64,000 bases of DNA from Lama guanicoe (taxonomy: Eukaryota): assembly GCA_013239625.1 (NCBI GenBank), contig MU054391.1:4173824-4237823 (forward strand). Direction: 5' to 3'. The notes below the pieces were generated by a model, which saw nothing but the letters and a program-made list of their open reading frames with translations, was not told the origin of the DNA and searched no databases. This document shows positions 35,280 through 48,120 of the stretch, piece by piece; within the stretch, counting starts at the first letter, position 1, and every line of letters starts with the position of its first letter. A program made the translations under genes and the position numbers.

Positions 35280-35482
35280 CAGCTGGGCATTGGAATCTCC
35301 TGGTAAACTGAGGCGGACTCATCCTCAGGCTCAGCTCCGACCAGGTAAGTCAGGCGCTCCAGGAGGGAGCCGAAGCCTTGACTCATGGTTCCGTTGTTCT
35401 CATGTTTGTCCTTTTGTCTGTTTTATTTCGTTTTAAGTTTTTCAGGTGATTCTAACGTGTACCTCGAGTTGAGAAACACTAA
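35280..35482. mobile_element. MER5-family MITE
   Basis: CATTGGAATCTCCTGG at the left and CAGGTGATTCTAACGTG.A.C...AGTTGAGAAACACT at the right end. Confidence 0.65.
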
Positions 35483-36586
35483 TATGGTTCAGCTCCCTAA
35501 TTAAAACCCACAGCAGCCGACAAACCAAACTTGTTTAACAGACGTTAACCACCTCATGCCAGATTTTTACAGATTGCCAGGAGCACTTTTAGATGAGAAG
35601 AAAATCACGAAATTAAACCATATAATCCTTCCTTTTCAGCACCATTTTTAAAATAGGTCCAGGCATGCGTCCATCCGTTCCAGCCCACGTTCCAGGCTGT
35701 ATCTGAATGTCCCCTTTCTGCTTTCCCTTTGCGGACCCTCTCCCCAGACCGGGGCGTATCCTCGGGAACAGTCTGGCCTGTGACGGGCGGCAGGGTGGTC
35801 GAAAGGCACTGCGTCAAGCAGGTTGTTTACGCTTCGGTGCAGTCTCTTTTGTCCTGCCAAACTGTCCCAGCCACGCCTGCTACAGCGGGATACGGCCACA
35901 GCCTCGGTGCAGTCAGCGTCTCAGGAGCAGCGCACGGGGCGTCTCACTGCAGGTGACAGGCCTGACCACAGACAAGCCCAGGTGTGGACCCCCTTGGTTC
36001 TCCAGCAGCTGCGGCAGGGCAAGGACCCCCTGTCTCCTTCTACCAGGAGGGGCTGCATCCTTCGTGCTGTGGAAAGGGGGTCCCTTCCGACGTACACTAC
36101 GATGTGGAAACTTTTTGCCCTACACTTAAAACACTCTTACTTTGTTGTCTCTGTCAGTGTTTTCCTCTTTCCGCCAGTAATTTTAGCCCACGTACTATTG
36201 ACACTTTCTGGAGAACCTTCCAGACACTGACAATGGTGCTTCCTCTTACATTATTTTATTTAATTTTCAAAGAAGCCCTGTTGGATTTATTTTATAGATA
36301 AGGAAGGAGAAGATCAAAGAACTTGAGTTTTGGCCCAAATGGTACACTTGATAAGGCAGAAACGCCATTTAAAGCTGCGTAAATTTTTTGTTGGTTTGCT
36401 TGCTTTTCAGCAATGACATCACTTATAAGTCTGCCTTGTTATGACCTTCACGGTCTAAACAATGACCTTGATTTGAAAGAAATATGGTTTCTCTGGCCTT
36501 AGGGTTGATTTTTCAGTCTATATTCCTCCCTTGAAAGCCAGAATTGGTATCTAGAGAGGAGAATTTAAAGAATCAGATATCTAGTG

Positions 36587-37198
36587 TGTGCAGTAAGGGG
36601 CAATGTGGCAGACCTGGCTTTCCCAAACCCTGCACATTCCAAAGGGCTTCGGGACAGAAGCCCCTGACCGGTTCCTGGGAGCTAACTGGCAGCCTTTGGA
36701 ACAGCCTGCCTGATGAATGTCTTTGTGTCCCTTAGGTTTGGGGCCATGCAAGATGGTTTATGCTAACAGCGGGATTTATGGTAGATGACAGTGTTTGTAT
36801 GCCTGAGGTTTTGGGCCATGCTGTGTCAGTTTGATGTCTGAGAGGCTGGGGTCTGAGTAACTGAGATCGCTCATATGGCCTTGCATGCCTACATGACCCC
36901 AATGAGAACCTTAGACAGCAAGGCCTGTGTCAGCGTCCCTGGTCGGCCACACCTCACGTATTGTCGTGCACTGTTGTTGGAAGAAGTGATTGTCATCCAT
37001 CCAGCTCCACTGGGAGAGGACAACCAGAATTTGTGCCTGGGGTCTCCCAGAGGACAACCAGAAACGTATCCTTTCCTTTGGCTAATGTTACTCTGTATCC
37101 TTTCACTGTAATAGACCGTAACCATGAGAATAACATCTTTTCTGAGTCTGTGAATCTTTCGGGCAAATCAGCCAACCACACAGTGCAATTTGGAGACA
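36587..37198 (+). mobile_element. MER77-like ERVL solo LTR
   Basis: TGTGCAGTAA...CAAACCCTGCACATTCCAAAG...CCTGGGAG...GCCTGATGA, an internal repeated TTTGT....C...GG.TT.GGGCCATGC unit, and 3' CTGTATCCTTTC.CTGTAATA.ACC.TAACCATGAG.ATAAC...TCTGAGT. Confidence 0.8.
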
Positions 37199-40100
37199 TA
37201 TGTGTTGAGAACCCTGAGGGTTTATGTGTGCTGCCCACTGCCTGCCATGCTAAGAGCAGGTCAGACATCAGCTTCAGGTCCAACTGAGGACTCTACAAAT
37301 ACGCTCTTTAAAAGGGACAGGGAACAAAGACTTTCTGTAAAAAATTAGAAGGAAATGCTACGTGAGTGCAAAATCAGGTGCTTAATTGTGAGGTGGTCCT
37401 TCTCATGGCTGCTGCATTCCAAGAGAATACTGAGAAATTCAGAGGTCAAGTCATTTTTCTCTTACCATGAATGCCCTTGAAATAACACAGTCCCGTCAAG
37501 GGCATTTGCTCCGGCGTAGATTAATGTCCACGTGCTTGGAAGATAAATTGGGCTACTGACATAATCTTATTAGATTTATTTTTCCCTTAGCAGCCACAGA
37601 AAGCTGCCAATTTGGTAGAACTAAGAGGTTTTTCTTTAAAAAAAATATATAGCTCTTAAAATCATTGGCAAATCAAACCATTCCTGCTAATCAGTCTTTT
37701 TCTTTTTTTTTTTTCTTTACTTTGTTTAAAGAAGGAAAATGTGTCATGAAAACACCCGTGTCCTTCTCTGCTCACAAAGCAGTGCACCTCATGGGTTGGC
37801 GACATCTTCATTCTAGCTTTTGAATGCTTACGTTGCAGAATGAATTTTTATAATCTATCTTATAGTGATCTTTAAAAATAAGTGAGATGTGTCATCAGAA
37901 GGCAATAAATGGCTGAACTAACAATATTAATGATGACTTTAAAACTTTTTTCAATTATATTTTATCCCCTGAAAAAGAAGAATGTAAATCTAAGAACTAC
38001 TATAGAATCTGAACACTGTCCTTTTATTTTTACCCCCAAGCTGCATTCATCATAAAAAATAAACATTATGCCAGGTTCACAAATACTTGAAATGAAAACA
38101 CAGTGGACAGGAAATTGGGAGGTGGGCCTGCAGAGAAATTCAGGCTTTGCTCTTTTCTGATTTTGTTTGGTTTTCAGGGAGATCTTTCTCGAAAGGGCAA
38201 GAGAAAAATCTTTCCCATAACATATCCAAAGATACATCAGGAGCAAGATAATACACTGAATAGGGTCTGGGGAGATCTAAAGAAAGTGACTCCATTCATG
38301 ACCCTGATGGAAGCTGAAGAAATTGTCTCCAGAAACCAAGGTAAGAGCTAGGAGAGGGCTGTGCTGACACGGGGGTTAGAGACCTGAAGCAGGTTGGGAA
38401 CCAAAAGGCATCCAGGCACACGGACCACGGGAGGGCAGCCTTATCAAGATCCCACAGGGAGAGGGTGACGTGTGACATTCACCGAGGCAACTTTCTGGAA
38501 ACCGTTCGGTCAATTGCTTCTTAGCATTTTAAAGAGTGGAAAAATGTCAGAATCGCGTTTACTTTAAATGGGACACATGCTGATGTCACTCTCCTCCCTC
38601 AAGGTGCCGTGTTCTCCCGCACCCGCGCCGGTCAACGGTGGGAGACCCACACCACCATGGTTACCTCCAGGGCTCCTTTCTTCGAAAAAAAAAAATCAAT
38701 ACACCCCTGAAAGCCTCGTGTTGAGTCTAACTAAAGAGGGGAAATGAGATACTTTTTTTTTTTTTTTTAACTATCTTGAGTTGTGAATTGGATGCTTTTG
38801 AATACACTTTGGAAATAGTCTTCTGTGACGGCTTGGAACTGACTTGAACTGTAACGTTTGGGACGGGAAAACGTTAAATGTTAAAATAGACACTTTGTAT
38901 TGTCTGCATGTCCTCATTTACAACTTTTCATTAATACTAACCTTTGACGGTATGACCGATTCAAAGTGGGATCTCAGAGCTCCTCAAATGCTTGTAGGGA
39001 TGGTGGTCTGTTGTGTTTCTGGCTGTTAGAGGTCCAGATCATGGTAGTGATTTTACCACCTTCTCTCTGTATTCAGTCACCAGTTTCTTCATGCTCTCCG
39101 AAGGTCTAATTTCCTTTTGGTGCCATTGCCATGTGTGACTAAGTCTTCTCCTCTCTACTCCATTTTATAATCTTTGATGAAAGAACTATTGTGTAAATTA
39201 TATTTTTGTCTCTCCCAATGTGTCTAATTCAGTGCCTTTTTTATAATGGGCATTCAATAATTATTTATAGACTGAATTAGTAAATTAATAATATCAGTGA
39301 TGTCATCAGTGAATAGAAAGGTCTATTCCATTGACTTTGATGAATTTCACCAAGTGATGCATGTTTACTGAGACAAATGGAAAAGCGGCTGATAGTCACA
39401 TGCTTGGAAGGGATTAATTCTGGTGACTTTTTCAAATGGAAATTTTCTAAGTGCCAATAAATAGCATTTACATTATTTGTTGTTCTCTACAATTTCATCA
39501 TGATAATAAAATATTGTTTCGATATAAAAAAGATTGGACTAAACTAGCCTGGGTAGTATCCAAACCATCTGTTTAAGTCCAAAAAAACACTTGTAGGGAA
39601 TAAATATGTCTATAATGAGCTTGTGACTTTTAGATTTGAAACCTGAAGTGCAGAACTCAATAAGAGCCCTCACATGGCAGCTCTCAGAGACATCAACCAA
39701 GGAGGAAAGCAGGCAAGTTACCATCGCTAGCCAGATACGTTTGCCAAGAAAACTAAAACATTGGAATGTAGGTCACAGATGGAAGTCCATTCTTTCATGG
39801 CTACAACGACCTCACCACAAATCTGAGATCTTCACCTAATGGAGCTCTTGATGAGACCCAAGTTTCTCTTCATGGGGTTAAACCCACCCTCAAGCATGGC
39901 CATCTTTCCTCTAAAGGGTGAGCAGGTAAGATTTTCTTGGTCCTCACTTGATCAGACATTGTTAGCGTCTTCCACTATAAGCCAGGCACTGTGTAAGTGC
40001 TTGGTGATACAGCAGTGAGCCAGTCAAACTTGGTTATCCCCTCAGTGGAGATTTTTGTGGAATAAACATAGTCTTCGGAATCAAATCTAGAATCCATCTG

Positions 40101-41719
40101 ATGACTTCTACTTAAGAGCTAAGCAAATGGATAGGCTCTGGGAGAAATCAATAGAACACTTCTATCTGAAAGAATAATGCAATCAGAACAGCGGGATTTA
40201 CATGATCCCTACTAAAAGGAAACACCACTAAGATACAGGCAAGCTTAGGAACATGCATGGTCAAAGAGGAAAGTAGAAAGACAGAGGTCAGAGCCACATA
40301 GAATGTGAACAGACATAATTACTCAATGAAACCAAATTTGCTTAGGTCCCCTGAAGAATGAAAATGAGCCCTTACCTATTCAAAGACAAAGAAAAAATAT
40401 GATCTCTGTTAAAATAAATGCAAGAAAAACTTCAATAGTTTCTAAATGCTTTTTTCTGGGTAATGGAAATTAACCCCCAATTCAGAACCTGCCAGCCATA
40501 TACAGATGAACTGTATTCTAAAGGTGGTTTTAAAAACCACTACACAAGTAAAAGCTTAAAAAAGCAATATTGCTGTGCAATCAAACAGAAAAACAAAACA
40601 AAACAAAACAAAAAACACCTTGGTTTTTTCCTGTGAATTTCAATTTCTTAACTCTCATAAAGAGTTTCAAGAACAAAGGCAAGAGGGCAAGCCATGGTAA
40701 TCCAGGTTTACTCTTTCCACTAACAGGAATCAGAGAAGAGTGATTCTGTGCAGGCTACAGATGACCGCAGTTACCGAATTGGTGTCAGACCGTTTTTTCA
40801 AGCCAGCCGACTTGCTCTTCGAGGTATTCCCTTGACAGTAATCGGACACTTATTATGGAACGCCCTCAGCGTGCAAATGAGTGAGACCTGCCGGCCTGGG
40901 AGCGCTAGTCCAAACCAGCTGCGCGTGGCTCTGCCCTCATGGGGCTTCGAGTCAAGAGGGGCAAAGAGGGTAAGCAGTGAATAGGATTACATGTTAGAAA
41001 TATTTCACAGGAACGAAACACATGATGTGAGAGCCAGAAACCTGGGGCGGGAACAAGCCTTTTCCTGCAGGAGAAAATGCATATGCAAATTCCCCGGGAG
41101 ACCAATTCCCTTGAGGAGATGCAAAACATATTAAGTATAAGAAAAGAGAGAGCTAGCAATAGCAGACAGGATGCATTTACCTGTTCTGTCTGGGCATTCG
41201 TAGAACCCTGTGAGGCTTCAGAGTGATGCTTGGCAATAGGAGTCCTGCAGGCATGTGTAAACTGAAGCCTTCCTAATCTACTTTTTGCCATAGAACCATT
41301 AAAAATAGTAAAATACACAAGCAAAAAAAAAAAAAACCAAACAAACTATAATTTACTGACATGACATTAAAAGGAAAAGGTATGCTAATTTGTAAAAAGA
41401 ATATAATTAGTATAGTGCAAAGAAAAACTTTCGTGTAGGTAAAATTTCTGGAAAGAAATAAAATAATATTTGTAGTTGTATTGTGGTATTGTTGCAGGAG
41501 TGAGCAATTTCCTTAAATGGTGTTTATCTTTTATTTATTTATTTTAACTATTTTCCTTGCTCTTAAAGGCACAGAACTGTGTTAATTTTCAGCAGTTTAT
41601 GGCATCACCATTTGTCCATGCATGGCTCACCTTTGTTTGTTTGTTTAGTTTGCTTGAAAAATCTGAAATACATGTAATACTCCACTAACCAGAATAAAAC
41701 ATTAGAACTCGAACAAAAA

Positions 41720-43440
41720 CCTACATTTAATCCTAATGCCCTTCCCACCTCTTTGCCTTCATCACTCCAGGTAACTATCTTCCTCTGTCCCAGAGGAACC
41801 ATTTTTTCATTGTTTCTTTCTTTCTCTTTATATCATTCTATTGCCTCTCTAAATACTGCTACAATGTATGAGTTTTAAAACCGTAGCTGTTTTTAATTTT
41901 ATGGGGAATGTAGTCTCCTGGAACCTCTTTTCACATTTTATGTTATTTTGCTTAGATTTATCCACAAGGGCCGACCCTATTCCACCACGTGAAGGTACCG
42001 GAGTTCACTCACACACTGCCCTCCTCCTGGTTCGGGACTTCTCTCCAGACCCGTGCTGTTGTGCTTGGTACTTACAGCAGGTCCCTGCACGTGTCTCCCG
42101 GGGTTCACAGGGGAAAGGTTTTCTTGAGTATATGTCAAGAATTGCTGGAACGTGATGAGAAGTGTTTAACTTTACATGAACAATCCAAACTGTCTTCCAA
42201 AACGGTTCTTCCAATCTCCATTCAGTATGAGATTTTTTTTTCCCCTAATATAACAGATATAGTAGGGGATTCCATTTTGGTTTTAATTTGCATTTCTGGT
42301 AACTACTGATGTTGGCTACCTCTAATTTCTCTTTTGTGGAACATCTGCTCTTTTTTTTTGTCTACTTTCCTACTTTTAAAGTTTATCTGTACCTTCCTTA
42401 CTGATTTTTAGGTGCTTCTTTTATATCGCTGATATTGATATTTTGTTGGCTTGTGTTTTATGGGTTTCTTCTTGCAGCTGACAAATGTCTTTTTACTATT
42501 TTAAGACAGTATATTGATAAAATTAATTTTAGTGTAATAAACTTAATTAATCTTTAATAGGCAACCCATTTTGCTTTGTTTTAGACCAGAATGTCTAAAT
42601 AATACTAACTTAAATATTTGACCAATAATTTGAAAATTTTTTCTCAGTTAGTGAAAGTAGTATTTAATTCCTTTGAAATCAAATTTTGTTTATTGTGTGA
42701 AGATAGAGATTCAATTTCACGTTTTTGCTTTTGTTTTTGTTTAACAATTTAATGTACTGGACACATTCTTCTTTCCCAGTGACCTCAGACACCCTTCTTT
42801 CATAGATACATTTTCATAAATGTATAACTCTTAATGGACCCTCTTATTGACACATTGATCAAATTGCCAACACAACATCAGCATATAATTTTCTATATAC
42901 ATTTTAGAATTTAATTTTTAATGTCTAAAAAGAAAAGTCTTCTGGGATTTTGACTAGAAATGTGAGGAGAACTGACATTAGCAGGCTTTAGGTACATAAG
43001 TATATCTATTTATTTAATATATATCTAATTTCTTTGATAGATTTTAAGTAAAACTTGCACTTATTTTTTAAATTTATCCCTAAGTGTTTCATAGTTTTTT
43101 TCTGTTGTAAGTGGTATTGTTTTTTCAAAAATTCCATTTCCAACTGTTTCTTGCTAATGTAGATGATGACAATTTATTTTTGTATAGTGTATTTCTCTTG
43201 TGTAATCTCACTGATTCACTTACTAGTCTAGTCGGCTTTTTTTTCTTTTGGTAGATTTTGTATAATCTAACTAATTAACTCAGAGGGTTTTAGGTTTTTT
43301 TGTTTTTGTTTTATGTAGATGTTTATGTCAACTACAAATAAAAATAGTTTTAATTTTTCCTTTCTAATATATATGCCTTGAGTTTATTTTTCTTATCTTA
43401 TTACACTGGTCAGAATTTCCAGCACAATATCAAATAGACT
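41720..43440 (-). mobile_element. Ancient L1ME-like fragments
   Basis: T-rich tract with TTCTTGAGTATA...GAATTGCTGG, CCAAACTGT.TTCCAAA, GTTTTAATTTGCATTTCT and CTGG.CAGAA.TTCCAG.ACAAT, all antisense L1 motifs. Confidence 0.75.
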
Positions 43441-43639
43441 GTACTGTGTGTGTATGTAGAATCATCCCCATATCCCTGCCATAATAACAATATTTTTTAA
43501 GCTAGCTCTACTTCTACAAGTAGAAACCCAGAACACTGGAGTGGCTTAGACTTCTATTCTAGTGAAACTTATATTTTGAATGAGAGATGGAAAAAGAAAG
43601 AAAGAAAGAAATGAATAAGATTTTCAGATAGTGATAACT

Positions 43640-44380
43640 TCTCTTAACATAAAGCATAGTAATTCACTAGCTAGTGAGGGACTGAAGCGGTGACATTTCA
43701 GCTGTGACCAGAACGACACAAAGGAGTCAGCTACGTAAAGGTCTGAGGACAGAGAGAGGAAATTAAGGGAAGAGCAAGTGCAGAAACCCAGCAATGGGGC
43801 CATCTGAGCTTGGTGTGTATGAGGGAAGCCAACGCACCAGACTGGCTGGAATCCAGGACAAACCACAGAGTGAACAGTACAGAGGGCAGAGAGACAGACA
43901 GTCTATGTAGACTCTTTCAGCCACGATCAGGAATTCACAAGTTACTATAATAGGAAGCTTTTCAAAGGTTTGAAATGGGAGGTGTGTGGCAAATATAATT
44001 TGGGGTTTAAAGATATCAGTTTGTGTACAGTATGGAGGATGGATGTTGGAAGGGCAAATATGGAAGCAGAAAGACCAGCACGAATCTGAGTGAGATATGA
44101 CGGAGCCTTGGACAGAGGTGGTGAAAGTGAAGAAAGGGAGAAATGGATGGATCACACCTTACTGATAGATTGGATGTGGGAAAACAGGAGTTGATTTATC
44201 TTAGAGTTTCACTTAGCCAATTGGATGTTTATGCTATTTACTGAGATGGAGAATTATCAAACATTGGGACTGGGAGCAATATGCATTGGGGTGGGTAGGA
44301 TCATGTGTGTTGGGGGCATAAGTTATTGACCACATGAAGTATGACACATCTCTGAAACATCCTAGTAAAGATAGAAAGCA
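43640..44380 (-). mobile_element. L2a fragment
   Basis: CTGAAG.GGTGACATTT.AGCTG.GACC...GCAAGTGCAGA..CCC...ACTGATAGATTGGATGTGGG...ATTTACTGAGATGG. Confidence 0.8.
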
Positions 44381-46949
44381 TGTTACTCAATCTCTACAGC
44401 AAGTCTTTGGGATAGAAAACAACATGTTTCTGCTTCACTGAATGTTTAGTGAGGCTTAGGGTATAACTTTCCAAGATCACAAAATGGGTAGATGTACAGC
44501 TGAGAGTCTAACCATGTGAGGGACCCTGGGTGTGTTGCAAGTCGCTCATCCTGGTGTGCCTCCCTCCTCTCCACATGTCCAGACGGTGATGCAGACACAG
44601 ACTGCTGTGCAGAATGCAGTACTGGAGCCCAGTGTGACTGCTGGACGTGGAAATATTCACTTACAAAGCACACAGTTGGGAGATGCATGGGCCCTCCTGG
44701 AGTGTAATCATTTCACAGATAGAATGCACAGGTGCATGGGGACTGGCTCATATCTGCACTGATTTCCCAGAGGAGCTTTTGCTCAAAATTTGAGTAGAAA
44801 AAGAGGATTTTAAGAGTGCTTCAAGTTTAAAGTACCCCAAGAAGCACTTCCCAGGCACACAAGTTAAACACTCATCATTTAGGGATCTGTCCGCCCAAAA
44901 CACTTTGGCCAGCAGCCGCTTCGTGGGATCTTCATACTGTCACCATAACTCCTCTGCAGGAGGAAGAAACTTTTGGAATATTAGGGTAGAAGGTGCTAGT
45001 GGAGAGAGCTAGCCGAACGTCTTCCTTTTATTTTTTTTTTAATGGCCACATGGTAAGTCCACTGACTGTTTAAGAACCGAGAATGATTAAGTGCAGTGCC
45101 AAGAACTCAGACGTGTCTGAAGTCCCTGCCCGGTTCTCCCCGCCACCAGAATGCCCTTCTGTCACTTTAATGACATGCTTACCATTCCTGAAATGAAATA
45201 CCAGATCTCTGTGTTTTTCTCATACAACACGCTCTCTGTTTCACAACTGCATCCCTCGTGCTTGCCGGCCTCCCCGTGTTCCTCCTCGCGCCTCGATGGC
45301 GGGGCCCCTGGAAGCTGCGAACCTTGAGTGCGCCGCAGCCTGGTGAGCAGACTCAGACACACTCCAAGTCAAGCTGCCTCCAGGGTACTTGGAGAGCTCT
45401 GGGAAGGCGACCGATGTGCACACAACGGGGGAAGCTCTCAGAGGATGTTGGCAGCCATTCAGTTGCCAACCAGCTGCAAACAGCTTTAAGGGACAGTGTT
45501 GCATAAAAAAATAAAAAATAAATAAAAAATAAAAACAGTGACTGAGGACATACTGCCCTTGACTGAAGGCTGAAGGAAGCCTACTGGCAGAAAAGTAGAT
45601 CGGAGAGAAAGAGGGAGGACGAGTCGGGGGCAGGGGAGCAGGTTTGCCCAGGCCACCAGCTGTAGATGAAGCTCTCTGTGTCGGTCTGCAGCAAACATCG
45701 CCGGAAGTGACATTTTGTGCTGCCGACCAGAAATCCAGTCCTAGGAACCCATGGAGATCTTGCCACATTTTGCTTCAGGACTGTCCAGTGCTGAGACAGT
45801 TCTCCGCTCTTCTGAAAATGCCCCACTGTACCCTAACCTTGCTGACTTTGTCTAAAGCCCCAGAAAGGCTGGGCAGGAGGAGGGTGGGTATCGCCAGCAC
45901 TGGGAGCCAGGCGTCGGGGCTTTATAATCCACTGACCTCCAAAGGTGTAATTTGGTTGTATTCTCAGAGACACGAGCGGCTGTCTCATTACTGCTCCCTG
46001 TGGGGGGTTTGGCTGACCACCAGCAGACAGGGGAGCTTTTCTTACTCCCCACGCGCTGTGTGGCCGGCGGGGTAAACGTGCCTGTTCTTTCCAAAGTACA
46101 GTCACTCACGGGTTATCGCTGCCTCGGGAGGAGATATTTCTGAGGAATGCTCTGGATTTCGTGCTTGTGGGAGGCTATACTGTGATCTGGGCAAGAAGCA
46201 ATTTTTATGTGGGATGACTCATCCTCACCATCCAGCACAATCGCACCCCGCTCCAGAATTCCTGGCTGCGTGCTTGACGGCTGACCTCACTTCCACAGAC
46301 GTGCGGAACCTAGTCGCAAGCGGGAGCTGGGGCACCAGCCACATCGCAAATCAAAATGGTATTCAGCTTCCGGCCCCAAGGAGGCACCACCACGTATCAG
46401 ATCCTAAGAAACGTCTCTTTCAGAAGGAGGTGCAGGGAGAATTTATCTGCTTTAGGGATGGACAGGGAAAACATCCATTTACAGACGTCCCATTGCTCAA
46501 TCTTGAAGACTGGGTGTTTAAAAGCCACCCTACACGGTACTTTGTCCCCACATTGTTGATGAAGGGAAAGCGGGCTGGACACAACGACCCCCAGCTGGTA
46601 AACAAGTGGATTCATTGACAGCCTCCACCACTGCAGTATTTCAGTCATGAAAACAATGGATATAAAAAGAGCTCAACGTAATGCTTCACCTTCCTGGCGT
46701 CTTGGGGAGCCGCTGTGTGTACATTCACTAGGAGTGTGTGGGGCAGTGCGATAGTGCAGCCCCGTGTAAGTAGATAAGGCTGAGAAATTAAGCGAATAGC
46801 CCTTGATGGTACATCCTCTCACTGTCCACCGTGGGAGCAGCGGAGCACATTGTCCCCCTAACACGCGTCTGTTGGATCAACAGCTTCACGGACAACACAG
46901 CTTTTCCTGGGGGACATGACTAGGTCAAAATCTTTCGACCGATCAAATT

Positions 46950-47410
46950 TACTTTTAAGAATATTCATACAAATGTGTGGCTGGCCTCCATCTGACTTAG
47001 CCAAACTTATGTTCAACACAACATTGATCGTAACAAGAAAAATGTCTAAATAACCAAAATGCTTAGTAATAAAAGCCTAGTTGAATAAATTCTGATCAAC
47101 TGTATAGTAGAACGCTATGCAGATGTTAACGGTGGTGCTGGAGAATATAGTTTTCCCTATAAAGACACATTTAAGAATATTTGGTTAAGAAATTCAAACA
47201 AATTTCTAAATTGTATGCAAAGTGTGATCTCGTCCAGGTAGTTGAAATACGACGTACAGAAATATTCAGGAAATATGGCAAATAATTGACATATTAATAG
47301 CTGTTTTTTTTAATAAGACATGAGGTGGTTTTATGTTCTGATCGTCATTTAAGTTTTGAACTTATTCTAAAATGAACACATATTACTCACGTAATAAAAA
47401 AGTAATGGAA
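46950..47410 (+). mobile_element. L1ME-like 3' fragment
   Basis: ATGTTCAACACAACATTG...AAATAACCAAAATG...TTGAATAAATT.TG...TAGAA..CTATGCAG pattern of old L1 3' regions. Confidence 0.6.
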
Positions 47411-47799
47411 GAAATTTTAATGAAGAAAAAATGCTGCGCATGGTAAACGTCATGCAGTAAAGAGGAGCCACACTGGTGCCCAGCAGACGCTGTACAGGAG
47501 GACAGGGGAGACCCAAGGGGAAGACAGGAGTCCTGCTCTCCAAAGACTGGGGGGCAGAACAGGGACTAAAGACACAAAAGGTGAGACGCCAAGTTCCCCG
47601 AGAGCATCAGTTTCCTTAAAGTGGCTTTGCGGTGATGTCTCTGAGCCTTTGTGCCATTTGCCCTGTGTTTGATAGTTTCGGAATATATCCAGGCAGAAAT
47701 TCACCAGCTGTCATCTCTATATTGAGAAACAATTTTAGATATGGTTCTGTATCTTCACAATAATCCACTGAAGTCTATCCAGAGCATAAGCGTTTTAAA

Positions 47800-48120
47800 T
47801 CCTTCCACCTGGGTCACCCCTCCCCCTCCTAATTTTCCATAGCTGACTCCCAATCTCTCATCTAGGTCTCTGATCAAATGACCCTAGTTGGAGAGGCCGT
47901 CCCTGACCATTCTGTCTACAGTAGCTGCAATCCATCTCAGCCACACCTTCCCCTTGATGCCTGCTTTGTTGTTTTTGACAACGTTTACCATCACCCGATG
48001 TGGAGCGTGTGCGCGCGCGTGTGTGTGAAGGCTTTGCTCTGTGTCTGCTAGAGCTCACATGTCTACAACAGGTTGCCATGCGGTAGGACGTAGGTCAGTT
48101 TTGGATGAATTAATAAATGA
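47800..48120 (+). mobile_element. L2 3' end with an internal purine-pyrimidine tract
   Basis: AGGTCTCTGATCAAATG..CC...GAGAGGCC.TCCCTGACCA, ending GGATGAATTAATAAATGA. (GT/GC)n at 48005-48027. Confidence 0.7.

Noticed and set aside
46214..46618. 134-aa ATG ORF
   Set aside because: Its 3' end appears to run into old L1 3' sequence, with no known domain or exon structure.
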